The notes beneath the pieces are model-generated. The model was not told the DNA's origin, searched no databases, and saw only the letters and a list, made by a program, of their open reading frames with translations. A DNA stretch of 64,000 bases from Candidatus Zixiibacteriota bacterium (GTDB lineage Bacteria; Zixibacteria; MSB-5A5; GN15; PGXB01), in NCBI GenBank assembly GCA_032123495.1, contig JAQBFG010000068.1, forward strand, positions 4,168 through 68,167. The letters are read 5' to 3'. Each line of letters opens with the position of its first letter. Positions within the stretch are counted from its first letter, which is position 1. Positions 19,166 to 27,328 of the stretch are shown piece after piece. The translations under genes and the position numbers were made by a program.

Positions 19166-20035
19166 TTATCTGTAATTCCTCTTGACAACTCTTTTGCGAG
19201 CTGTTTTGCGGACCGGCTTGCGGGTGATTGCCTTGCGGGTCACTTTACGAGTCGTAGCTTTACGAACCGGTGATTTTCTCGTGATTGCCTTGCGGGTCAC
19301 TTTACGAGTCGTAGCTTTACGAACCGGTGATTTTCTCGTGATAGCCTTGCGAGTCACTTTGCGAGTTGTAGCTTTACGAACCGGTGATTTTCTCGTGATA
19401 GCCTTGCGAGTCACTTTGCGAGTCGTAGCTTTACGAACCGGTGATTTTCTCGTGATAGCCTTGCGAGTCACTTTACGAGTCGTAGCTTTACGAACCGGTG
19501 ATTTTCTCGTGATAGCCTTGCGAGTCACTTTGCGAGTTGTAGCTTTACGAACCGGTGATTTTCTCGTGATAGCTTTGCGAGTTACTTTGCGGGTCGTAGC
19601 TTTACGAACCGGTGATTTTCTCGTGATAGCCTTGCGAGTCACTTTGCGAGTTGTAGCTTTACGAACCGGTGATTTTCTCGTAGTTGCTTTGCGGGTCACT
19701 TTACGAGTCGTAGTTTTACGAACCGGTGATTTTTTCACGGCAGCTTTACGAACCGGTGATTTCTTCACGGCAGCTTTACGAACCGGTGATTTCTTCACGG
19801 CAGCTTTACGAACTGGTGATTTCTTCACGGCAGCTTTACGAACTGGTGATTTCTTCACGGCAGCTTTGCGAACTGGTGATTTCTTCACGGCAGCTTTGCG
19901 AACCGGTGATTTCTTCACGGCAGCTTTGCGAACCGGTGATTTCTTCACGGCAGCTTTGCGAGTCCCAGTCTTTCTGGTAGTGGTCTTGCGTGTCCTTGTA
20001 GTACGTCCGGTAGTTTTACTTGTCCGGTTAGGCAT
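19166..20035 (-). CDS. Extremely basic tandem-repeat protein, histone H1 / Hc2 / AlgP-like nucleoid-protein candidate
   Basis: The ORF track gives 19166..20050. I prefer the ATG at 20035 (MPNRTSK) because GGGAGGA lies 7 nt upstream. The protein has 8 x KAAVKKSPVR followed by ~9 x KATTRKVTRKAITRKSPVR. There are no D or E residues anywhere, and about 40% of residues are K+R. Confidence 0.7.
   Translation of the reverse strand: MPNRTSKTTGRTTRTRKTTTRKTGTRKAAVKKSPVRKAAVKKSPVRKAAVKKSPVRKAAVKKSPVRKAAVKKSPVRKAAVKKSPVRKAAVKKSPVRKAAVKKSPVRKTTTRKVTRKATTRKSPVRKATTRKVTRKAITRKSPVRKATTRKVTRKAITRKSPVRKATTRKVTRKAITRKSPVRKATTRKVTRKAITRKSPVRKATTRKVTRKAITRKSPVRKATTRKVTRKAITRKSPVRKATTRKVTRKAITRKSPVRKATTRKVTRKAITRKPVRKTARKRVVKRNYR
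19224..19960. repeat. Two adjoining coding tandem-repeat arrays: 9 x 57 nt (19224-19736) and 7 full plus 1 partial x 30 nt (19737-19960)
   Basis: Periods were measured directly (for example unit starts at 19224, 19281, 19338 ... and 19737, 19767, 19797 ...). The two unit types share the core GCTTTACGAACCGGTGATTT. Confidence 0.95.
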
Positions 20036-20557
20036 TGTGTATCCTCCCATTAGTGGGTAGAGTAACAGTTTACAAACCAGAAGTACTGGTTTGGATAATC
20101 GTAATTTTTATCGACAACCATTGAAAATTATTTAGCAATAACTTGCTGCTATTTAACATTTTATTGGAGTTGTATGATTCTTGAATTAAAGCGTGCATAT
20201 TGCCAGAATTATTTTATCCATTTTCGATACTTTTTGGTCAATTAATTTTTTAATAAATCCAAAATTATGAATCGATTTAGAAATTGTTTGGATTCAAAAA
20301 CGATATCACCAAATGTGAAATATTCTTCATAATTTCTACCAATTGCAAACTTTTTTACTTTTACTTTAATAAAATATTTTTTCCTCGTGCCGACCTGAAC
20401 AGAAAACTTTCTACTCCCCTATGCTACTATCACACATAATGTTACACACTCACAGAACAATTGATTTTGATTTCTGGGATCATCATAAATTTAGAAATCG
20501 CTTAAGGCACACTCTTTGCTCAAGAGACCGTAGCAGCAACACTGAAAAGGAGAAAAT

Positions 20558-21178
20558 ATGCTGGATGACAATTATCAACGCGGATTCAGTCCTGAAAGAT
20601 TAAGTTCAGTTTCGGAGCCAAAGGTGCATAGTGATGATGAAGGATTCTACATTTTTACTCTTTCTGAAAATGTTAAGGTATATTTTGACGATTATTATAA
20701 TTTCCTCAAAAATGTCTATCGCCGCTGCCAGCAAGAGCTGATTATAATCGATGAAAAACTGGAAATTACCCCGGAAGACAAATGCGAAACGGTATCATTT
20801 TATCGCGCAAAAAAACTGATTGTTGAAATAGTTTCTAAAACTGTGAAAAGTTTCTATACCGATGACTCAACTTTTGGAGTCATTATGACTCCCTGGTGCT
20901 TTGGAACGGTGCTTCTGGAAAAGGTGGAAATTTACCGTGAGCGGTTGGCCAAAGGTGACATAAATGAAGAGGAAATTCCGGAATTTCCATATTATGTTAT
21001 CAAGTATATCGATGAAATTCATCGTAAAACTCTACTCGAAATTTTTGATTTTCCCGAAGAGGCTTTCAAAATGCGCTGGCAATACAGTGAATTGCTGAAA
21101 AGATATTCCAGCGTTTTGAACAATATCACAAAATCTCTGAATTCGGTGTTGACGACTATCAAAACCTATGGATCTTAA
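20558..21178 (+). CDS. Hypothetical cytoplasmic protein (orphan)
   Basis: 206 aa. AAGGAGAA lies 5 nt before the ATG. No recognisable motif. A strong terminator follows. Confidence 0.5.
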   Translation: MLDDNYQRGFSPERLSSVSEPKVHSDDEGFYIFTLSENVKVYFDDYYNFLKNVYRRCQQELIIIDEKLEITPEDKCETVSFYRAKKLIVEIVSKTVKSFYTDDSTFGVIMTPWCFGTVLLEKVEIYRERLAKGDINEEEIPEFPYYVIKYIDEIHRKTLLEIFDFPEEAFKMRWQYSELLKRYSSVLNNITKSLNSVLTTIKTYGS

Positions 21179-21204
21179 TATAAATTCCTACTTTCTCCTG
21201 CTGA

Positions 21205-21239
21205 CCCTCGAATTTATACAAAATTCGGGGGTTTTTTTT
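21205..21239 (+). terminator. Rho-independent terminator
   Basis: CCCTCGAATTT-5 nt-AAATTCGGGGG (11-bp stem including one G-U pair), followed by eight T residues. Confidence 0.8.
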
Positions 21240-21315
21240 ATTGGTTTATAAGGAAATTGCGGTTATCGGCCGATAATAAAAAAGACAGATATAAAAATTG
21301 GAAGAATATTAGCGA

Positions 21316-22299
21316 ATGTCATTGTTAGCACCAAAAACGATTGCCGAACATAGATATATACCTGTGTATCTTGATTCGCTTCGAATAGACACCGTTTTGA
21401 ATTTTAATCTTTATATTAAAATCGGCGGCGACATGGTTCTATATCGATCGGCCGATCTTCCTTTTTCCGAACGAACCCGTCTGAAACTAATCGATAATAA
21501 AGTCGAACGTTTATTTGTCAGCGGCAAATCGAGAGAGAAGTATCAAAAATATATCGAGCAAAATCTTGATAAAATTCTAATCGATAAAAAAGTCACGCAG
21601 GAGAAAAAGGCCGGAATCCTGTATGAGACGTCAAAAAAACTGATGAAGGACGTTCTTGATAATCCATCGTATGGAGAAAATATCCAGCGAAGCAAAAAAC
21701 TGGTGGAGCATCAGGTCGGTTTTATCTTAAAAGGGCAGGAGGCTTTTCATAACCTTTTAAAGATCAGTTCTTTTGATTATTATACCTACACTCATTCGGT
21801 CAACGTTTGTACTTTTGCCGTTGCTTTGGCTCAGCAGTTGGGATACAAAGATGAAAAATTCCTGCATGATCTTGGAATCGGGGCGCTGTTGCATGATGTC
21901 GGGAAATCGAAAATTTCGGATAGAATCCTGAATAAAAAAGGCAGTTTGTCTCAGGTTGAATTTGAACTGATGAAAAAACATCCCAAGTGGGGCGTGGAGA
22001 TTCTCACTTCTACCGATCTGATCGACCCGTCCTGCTATTATCCGGTCTTACAGCATCATGAGCGAGGTAATGAAAAAGGTTATCCGAATAGATTAAAATT
22101 AGGCGAGATGCATGAATACAGCAAAATCGTGGCGATCGTTGATACTTTTGATGCCATGACCACCCAACGTGTTTATCAAGGCGCCGTCGAGACTTTTCCG
22201 GCACTTAAAGTGATGTTCTCGCTCAAGGATGATTTCGATCCCAAAATACTGGAAGCATTTGCCACTCTGATGGGACCGACCGGTCTGGCCGATGTATAG
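21316..22299 (+). CDS. HD-GYP domain c-di-GMP phosphodiesterase-type protein
   Basis: 327 aa. HSVNVCTFAVALA...GALLHDVGKSKI...LMKKHPKWGVEIL...LQHHERGNEKGYP...IVAIVDTFDAMTTQRVYQ is the HD-GYP signature. Confidence 0.85.
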   Translation: MSLLAPKTIAEHRYIPVYLDSLRIDTVLNFNLYIKIGGDMVLYRSADLPFSERTRLKLIDNKVERLFVSGKSREKYQKYIEQNLDKILIDKKVTQEKKAGILYETSKKLMKDVLDNPSYGENIQRSKKLVEHQVGFILKGQEAFHNLLKISSFDYYTYTHSVNVCTFAVALAQQLGYKDEKFLHDLGIGALLHDVGKSKISDRILNKKGSLSQVEFELMKKHPKWGVEILTSTDLIDPSCYYPVLQHHERGNEKGYPNRLKLGEMHEYSKIVAIVDTFDAMTTQRVYQGAVETFPALKVMFSLKDDFDPKILEAFATLMGPTGLADV

Positions 22300-22334
22300 T
22301 AGGCACTAATCAAACCCAAATATACTTAGCTCAG

Positions 22335-23432
22335 CTATTCAGTTATATTTTTATCCTCGGACAGTTTTTTGTCTGAATCTTTTTTACCCATCCCCAGCTT
22401 ATCGCGGACTTCGATGTCTATGGTTTTATAGATATCATCGTTTTCTTCCAAAAACCTCTTTGCAGCTTCGCGTCCCTGACCCAGTCGATCGCTTCCATAG
22501 CTGTACCAGGAACCTGATTTCTCAACGATATCATGTTCGACTGCCATATCAAGCAGTTCACCCGAATGTGAGATTCCTTTGCCATAAGTAATATCAAACT
22601 CTGCTTCACGGAAAGGCGGGGCAACTTTGTTTTTAATTACTCTGACTCGGGTCCGTCCGCCAACAACAACCTGGTCTTCTTTGATAGTGGCGATTTTGCG
22701 GATATCGAGACGAATTGTAGAATAAAATTTAAGGGCATTGCCGCCGGTAGTGGTTTCAGGATTTCCGAACATCACGCCGATTTTCATTCTGATCTGATTG
22801 ATAAATACTACCGCCGTTTTAGATTTTGAAATAATAGCAGTTAATTTGCGCAATGCCTGCGACATCAAACGAGCCTGAAGCCCCATATGAGAATCACCCA
22901 TCTCCCCTTCAATCTCTGCGCGCGGGACAAGAGCGGCCACCGAATCGATCACAATGATATCAATCGCGCCGGAGCGAACCAGCGTCTCGGTGATATCAAG
23001 TGCCTGTTCACCGGTATCAGGTTGCGATATCAGGAGATTATCAATATCAACCCCAAGAGCTTTGGCGTAGGTGGCATCTAGCGCATGCTCGGCATCGATA
23101 AAAGCGGCGATCCCGCCAAGTTTCTGGGCCTCAGCGATAAAATGCAGAGCCAGTGTGGTTTTACCGGAGCTTTCCGGCCCGTATATTTCGGTCACTCGGC
23201 CGCGCGGCATACCGCCGACACCAAGGGCAAAATCGAGTGTCAATGAACCGGTCGGGATGACATCGATCGGGACAACTCGATCGTCGCCAAGTCTCATAAT
23301 CGAGCCTTTGCCGAACGATTTCTCAATCTGCATCAGGGCCGAATCAAGAGCCTTTTTTCGGTCAGGTGTTCCGACCACCATTTTTACTTCATCCCTCATC
23401 GTATTACTTTTTTTCATTTTTATCTTTCCCAT
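22335..23432 (-). CDS. recA: Recombinase RecA
   Basis: [24 protein letters not shown], the [12 protein letters not shown] Walker A, and [22 protein letters not shown]. The true start is probably one of the internal ATGs (MRDEVK or MVVGTPD), because the 5' end adds an unusually long N-terminus. Confidence 0.95.
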   Translation of the reverse strand: MGKIKMKKSNTMRDEVKMVVGTPDRKKALDSALMQIEKSFGKGSIMRLGDDRVVPIDVIPTGSLTLDFALGVGGMPRGRVTEIYGPESSGKTTLALHFIAEAQKLGGIAAFIDAEHALDATYAKALGVDIDNLLISQPDTGEQALDITETLVRSGAIDIIVIDSVAALVPRAEIEGEMGDSHMGLQARLMSQALRKLTAIISKSKTAVVFINQIRMKIGVMFGNPETTTGGNALKFYSTIRLDIRKIATIKEDQVVVGGRTRVRVIKNKVAPPFREAEFDITYGKGISHSGELLDMAVEHDIVEKSGSWYSYGSDRLGQGREAAKRFLEENDDIYKTIDIEVRDKLGMGKKDSDKKLSEDKNITE

Positions 23433-23716
23433 AATTCTAATATTTATCCGGCCTTAATTTATCTCACAATCTATTAGTTTTCGTATTCAAACGGTATCAC
23501 ATTTTGAATTTATTTTAACTTTTTTATTATCACTACTCCGCATCTGTTATAAAATTGCTTGAAACCAACATAAAAGAGGCCACTGACAAATCATGTCAGT
23601 AAAAATGAAGGAATGAATACTTTTTTTTATTTTTCCCATCATTTTAAAATGAATTGAACATTTTCGCCCATTTCGGTCTTCAAAAGAATTTTTTTTGATA
23701 AAATGAATAATTCTTC

Positions 23717-23745
23717 TTGACAATAGTATATTATTTATATATTAT
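23717..23745 (+). promoter_or_regulatory. Sigma70-like promoter candidate for the HTH/membrane pair
   Basis: TTGACA (23717-23722), a 17-nt spacer, then TATTAT (23740-23745), about 36 nt before the ATG at 23782. The surrounding region is AT-rich, so a chance match is possible. Confidence 0.35.
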
Positions 23746-23781
23746 TGTTATATATTTACAATATTAGGATATATATAATAT

Positions 23782-24042
23782 ATGGATAGTCGAAAAATAT
23801 ATAATCGGATATCGCTCCTCAGAAAAGAACGAGGCATATCAAGAAAAGAAATGGCCGAGGCCATCGGAGTCAATTTTCAAACGGTCGGTTATCTTGAGCG
23901 GGAAGAATACAACCCATCAATTGATCTTGTATTTCGAATTTGTGACTTCTTCGGACTGCCGGTCGATTTTGTGTTTTCGGTTTCACCATTTAAACCGTTA
24001 AGTGAAGAACTGCTTTTGCAAAGGTCGAAAAAGGAGGAATAA
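23782..24042 (+). CDS. XRE-family helix-turn-helix transcriptional regulator (small, YozG-like)
   Basis: 86 aa. NRISLLRKERGISRKEMAEAIGVNFQTVGYLEREEYNPSIDLVFRICDFFGLPVDFVF is a typical short HTH_XRE. Confidence 0.8.
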   Translation: MDSRKIYNRISLLRKERGISRKEMAEAIGVNFQTVGYLEREEYNPSIDLVFRICDFFGLPVDFVFSVSPFKPLSEELLLQRSKKEE

Positions 24043-24043
24043 A

Positions 24044-24472
24044 ATGTCACAGTCTATTTCAAAGCCAAAAAGGAGACTATTGGCAATCATTAACTATTTT
24101 TGCCTGCTGCTGCTAATTGCCCTGTTTTACTTCGGCAAATATTATGGTTGGAATTTTATGATTTTTTCCGGTTTGGCTGTAGTTCTAATAATAAACCTGG
24201 CAACTTTTAGAATATTGCATCTAAAAACGCTACTCTGGAAACAAGTTCATTCCAAATCAGAACATCTTGATGAACGTCAGATGCAAAGAACTCTGGAATC
24301 GGTTAAACTATCCTATATAATATTTACTATAATCAGCCTCCTTGTAATTTTTTCTATTTCACTGATGGCCGGAAAACATGACTCGATGATCATGCTTATC
24401 TATGTTTCACTGCTTTATCTGGCTCATACTTTGCCGTCTTCGATATTAGCCTGGACCGAAAAAGAAGTTTAG
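24044..24472 (+). CDS. Small 4-TM membrane protein partnered with the HTH regulator
   Basis: The ORF track start (24002) overlaps the regulator. The ATG at 24044 follows AAGGAGG (24031-24037) and sits 1 nt after the regulator's TAA. Four hydrophobic helices are present. Confidence 0.55.
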   Translation: MSQSISKPKRRLLAIINYFCLLLLIALFYFGKYYGWNFMIFSGLAVVLIINLATFRILHLKTLLWKQVHSKSEHLDERQMQRTLESVKLSYIIFTIISLLVIFSISLMAGKHDSMIMLIYVSLLYLAHTLPSSILAWTEKEV

Positions 24473-24588
24473 TATTCGACAAAGAATATATTCAAAACTT
24501 GACATTTGCCTGGCAATTAATTTCTTTGTTATTAGAAATATTTGGGAGACAAATATTACAATATAATTAATTAAACATGGGAGTTTCT

Positions 24589-26046
24589 ATGAGGCAATTG
24601 CTAATTATTTTATCAATCCTTCTTCTGGCCACAAATCTATTCGCTCAGGCACCCGATTTTCTCTGGGGTAAAGAGTATGGCGACAAACCGGGCTGGGACG
24701 GTTACGATCAGCTATATGGCGCAACGCCAACATCCGATGGCGGCTTTGCGCTGAATGGTTACAGTTCGACCTGGGGCGATACAATCAAAGGCGATCAATG
24801 GGTGGTAAAGATAAATTCTGACGGTGATACTTTATGGACCGGCACCTTTGGAGATTTTGACCGACGCGATTACGGTCGCGATATTATTGAGACTTATGAC
24901 AGTGGTCTGGTCATCTGCGGTCATGGACGAATTGTCACCACATCCGAGGAATACCGGATTCGACTGTTTAAGACTGATTTGGATGGCAATCAGCTCTGGG
25001 AAAAAGATTACGTTAGCGCCAATAGTTTCAGCACCGAACAAATTATCGAGACCTCCGACAGCGGCTTTGCCATTGTCGGCTGGACCAATGACAAAGATGT
25101 TTTCTTATTTCGCGCCGATTCGCTGGGAGATTCGGTTTGGACCCAAATGTATGGCGGTGCCAGCAATGATATCGGTTATGGGGTATGCCAGACAGCCGAT
25201 GATGGGTTTTTGATCGTCGGCAGCACTGAATCGTACGGACTCGGTTCATATGATATCTATGTCATCAAAACCGATGATGTTGGAGATACGGTCTGGACCG
25301 GGACTTTTGGTGGAACCAGTTATGAAGAGGGCCGGGCTATCGCAAAGACCCACGACGGTCATTATATGATTGCCGGATTAACCGTTAACACCAATACTGA
25401 TGTCTATCTGCTTAAAATACAGGATGATGCTACTGTTGATTGGCAGAAATCGTTGGGGCAGGATGATGCTAATGATCAAGCAAATGGTATCACGGCAACC
25501 GCCGATAACGGATTTTTAATCGCCGGAAATCATTACAGTGTCACCAATGGTGAAAATGATATGTATATGATCAAAATTGATGCCAACGGCGATTCATTGT
25601 GGAGTTACACACATGAAGACGATTTCACCCACGACGAAGCTTGGATAGCGCATCAGGCTGAGGATGGCGATATATATCTGTTCGGAACTCGGGCTGCCTC
25701 CAGCTCTGGAGCTTATCGGGATTACTGGGTGCTTAAATTCGATGCCTCACTGGATAATCGAATTGACATAGTGGAGACCATTCCGCAGAACTTTAACCTT
25801 TCCCAAAATCGACCCAATCCATTTAATCCGAGTACAGAAATCGAATTTGCCTTAACAAGAACAACTGATTGGACTTTGACAATTTATAATATCATTGGCC
25901 AAAAGGTGGAAGCATTCGCCGGACATGACGCCGCCGGGTCGGTTATTATTAATTGGGATGCTTCTGATTATACATCGGGCATTTATTTTTACAGACTTGA
26001 CGCCGGAGAATTTACTACTACAAAAAAGATGGTCTTATTGAAATAG
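24589..26046 (+). CDS. Secreted seven-repeat (beta-propeller-like) protein with a T9SS type A C-terminal sorting domain
   Basis: The ATG at 24589 is preceded by GGGAG. A signal peptide is present. There are seven ~50-aa units (SDGGFALNGYS...VVKINSDGDTLWTGTFG; SDSGFAIVGWT...; ADDGFLIVGST...; ADNGFLIAGNH...). The C-terminus QNRPNPFNPSTEIEFAL...LTIYNIIGQKV...SGIYFYRLDAGEFTTTKKMVLLK is the T9SS CTD pattern. Confidence 0.7.
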   Translation: MRQLLIILSILLLATNLFAQAPDFLWGKEYGDKPGWDGYDQLYGATPTSDGGFALNGYSSTWGDTIKGDQWVVKINSDGDTLWTGTFGDFDRRDYGRDIIETYDSGLVICGHGRIVTTSEEYRIRLFKTDLDGNQLWEKDYVSANSFSTEQIIETSDSGFAIVGWTNDKDVFLFRADSLGDSVWTQMYGGASNDIGYGVCQTADDGFLIVGSTESYGLGSYDIYVIKTDDVGDTVWTGTFGGTSYEEGRAIAKTHDGHYMIAGLTVNTNTDVYLLKIQDDATVDWQKSLGQDDANDQANGITATADNGFLIAGNHYSVTNGENDMYMIKIDANGDSLWSYTHEDDFTHDEAWIAHQAEDGDIYLFGTRAASSSGAYRDYWVLKFDASLDNRIDIVETIPQNFNLSQNRPNPFNPSTEIEFALTRTTDWTLTIYNIIGQKVEAFAGHDAAGSVIINWDASDYTSGIYFYRLDAGEFTTTKKMVLLK

Positions 26047-26058
26047 ATTTGATTAACA

Positions 26059-26080
26059 CGGCAGACGAGGACGTCTGCCG
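26059..26080 (+). terminator. GC-rich stem-loop after the T9SS cargo gene (no U-tract)
   Basis: CGGCAGACG-AGGA-CGTCTGCCG, a 9-bp stem 13 nt after the stop. No T-run follows, so its terminator function is uncertain. Confidence 0.35.
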
Positions 26081-26229
26081 CGCACAAAACTGATTATATT
26101 ATCTAAATATGAAAGAAAGGAAAAATCTTTAATGTTAATTATATAGTCATTTTTGGTTTTAGGGACTTTTACTTGTATATTTATGGCAAATATTATATAT
26201 GATAGGATAGCATAATTTCAATAGAAAAT

Positions 26230-27273
26230 ATGAAAAATGGATTAGACAAATCCGTTTTAAATCAATTGGTAAACAACGCTGTCGCAAAAAAATATATTTA
26301 CGGAGCTGTTTTTTATGTATCATCTGATGACAACAGCATTGATTTAATCAGTGCATCCGGAAATATGGAAGAAGATAGTCAATATTATATCGCCAGCATC
26401 AACAAACTTTTTATTTCTGCAATCGTCCTGAGATTGTTTACAGAAAACAAATTAGATCTGCAGGACAAAATTGTTAAATATCTTCCGGACGAGCTAGTTC
26501 GGGGATTACATATATTTAAAAGACAGGATTATTCAGACTCCCTTACCATTTCCCATTTGATGTCTCATACCTCCGGGCTTCCTTGTTATTTGGCTGATAA
26601 ACAGGCCAACGGAAAAACAGCAATGAAGGAACTTGAAGCAGGTATTGATCAATCCTGGCCAATTGACAAAGTAATTCGTGAAGTAAAAAGGATGAAGACA
26701 CACTTTCTCCCGGGAAAAAAAGGCAGGGCCAAATATGGAGATACAAACTATCAAATTTTGGGTTTGATTATAGAAAATATTACGGGAGAGACTGTAAATA
26801 CTGTCCTGAATAATCTGTTTCAAGAACTGAGCTTATATAATACCTATGTTTATGAAGATGCAGATGACAATAATTTTGTCCCCATTCAATATAAATCGGC
26901 AATAGTAAATCTCCCGCTTTTTCTTACCTCCACACAAAATGATATTATTTCTACTGCAAAGGATCAAATGACATTTTTAAAAGCATTCTTTAATGGTTAT
27001 TTTTTCCCAAAGGAAAGATTCAATGAATTGGAGAAGTGGAATAATATTTTCTTTCCGCTAAAATCTGGTATCGGCGTAGAAAAATTCTATATGCCCCGCA
27101 TTTTTTCACTGTTTCATCCCGTGCCCGATATGATTGGTAAATGTGGTTCTACCGGTGCCGTGGCTTTTTATGTGCCTGATAAGGATATTTACATCACAGG
27201 ATCCGTAAACCAGCAAGCAAGGCCTAATATAGCGTTTCAGACAATGATAAAAATTGTAAATAAATTGAAGTAG
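26230..27273 (+). CDS. Serine hydrolase of the beta-lactamase/transpeptidase-like (class C/esterase) family
   Basis: 347 aa with an S-x-x-K motif in YYIASINKLF, LMSHTSGLP, and a Y-x-N-like YGDTNYQILG. Confidence 0.72.
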   Translation: MKNGLDKSVLNQLVNNAVAKKYIYGAVFYVSSDDNSIDLISASGNMEEDSQYYIASINKLFISAIVLRLFTENKLDLQDKIVKYLPDELVRGLHIFKRQDYSDSLTISHLMSHTSGLPCYLADKQANGKTAMKELEAGIDQSWPIDKVIREVKRMKTHFLPGKKGRAKYGDTNYQILGLIIENITGETVNTVLNNLFQELSLYNTYVYEDADDNNFVPIQYKSAIVNLPLFLTSTQNDIISTAKDQMTFLKAFFNGYFFPKERFNELEKWNNIFFPLKSGIGVEKFYMPRIFSLFHPVPDMIGKCGSTGAVAFYVPDKDIYITGSVNQQARPNIAFQTMIKIVNKLK

Positions 27274-27328
27274 CCAATGGCGGGGCAGATAACTTCTCTC
27301 ACCTTTTCCGACAAATTAGAGATACAGT

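Noticed and set aside
19224-19960. Possible CRISPR array, given the regular 30-nt and 57-nt periodicity
   Set aside because: The repeats are directly contiguous with no unique spacers. They lie inside an ORF, their lengths are multiples of 3, and no cas genes are present.
19182-20060. A 292-aa ORF on the + strand (and an 84-aa ORF at 19726..19980), antisense to the basic repeat gene
   Set aside because: It is a mirror-image artefact of the tandem repeats. The repeats contain no stop codons in several frames, and the product is a hydrophobic repeat (LRVTLRVVALRTGDFLVIA) with no RBS. The - strand frame has a strong RBS, a terminator and only synonymous inter-repeat variation.
23433-23781. A LexA/SOS box upstream of recA
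   Set aside because: I found no CTGT-N8-ACAG, GAAC-N4-GTTC or other clear palindrome in a suitable position. The only hairpin (ACTGACA-AATC-ATGTCAGT, near 23582-23602) does not match known LexA motifs. The LexA motif of this lineage is unknown to me.
24002-24043. Upstream alternative starts proposed by the ORF track (24002, and also 62207, 50082, 14487, 20050, 24577)
   Set aside because: In each case a downstream ATG has a much better Shine-Dalgarno site. The upstream extension also overlaps a neighbouring gene or promoter, or adds a non-homologous N-terminus.
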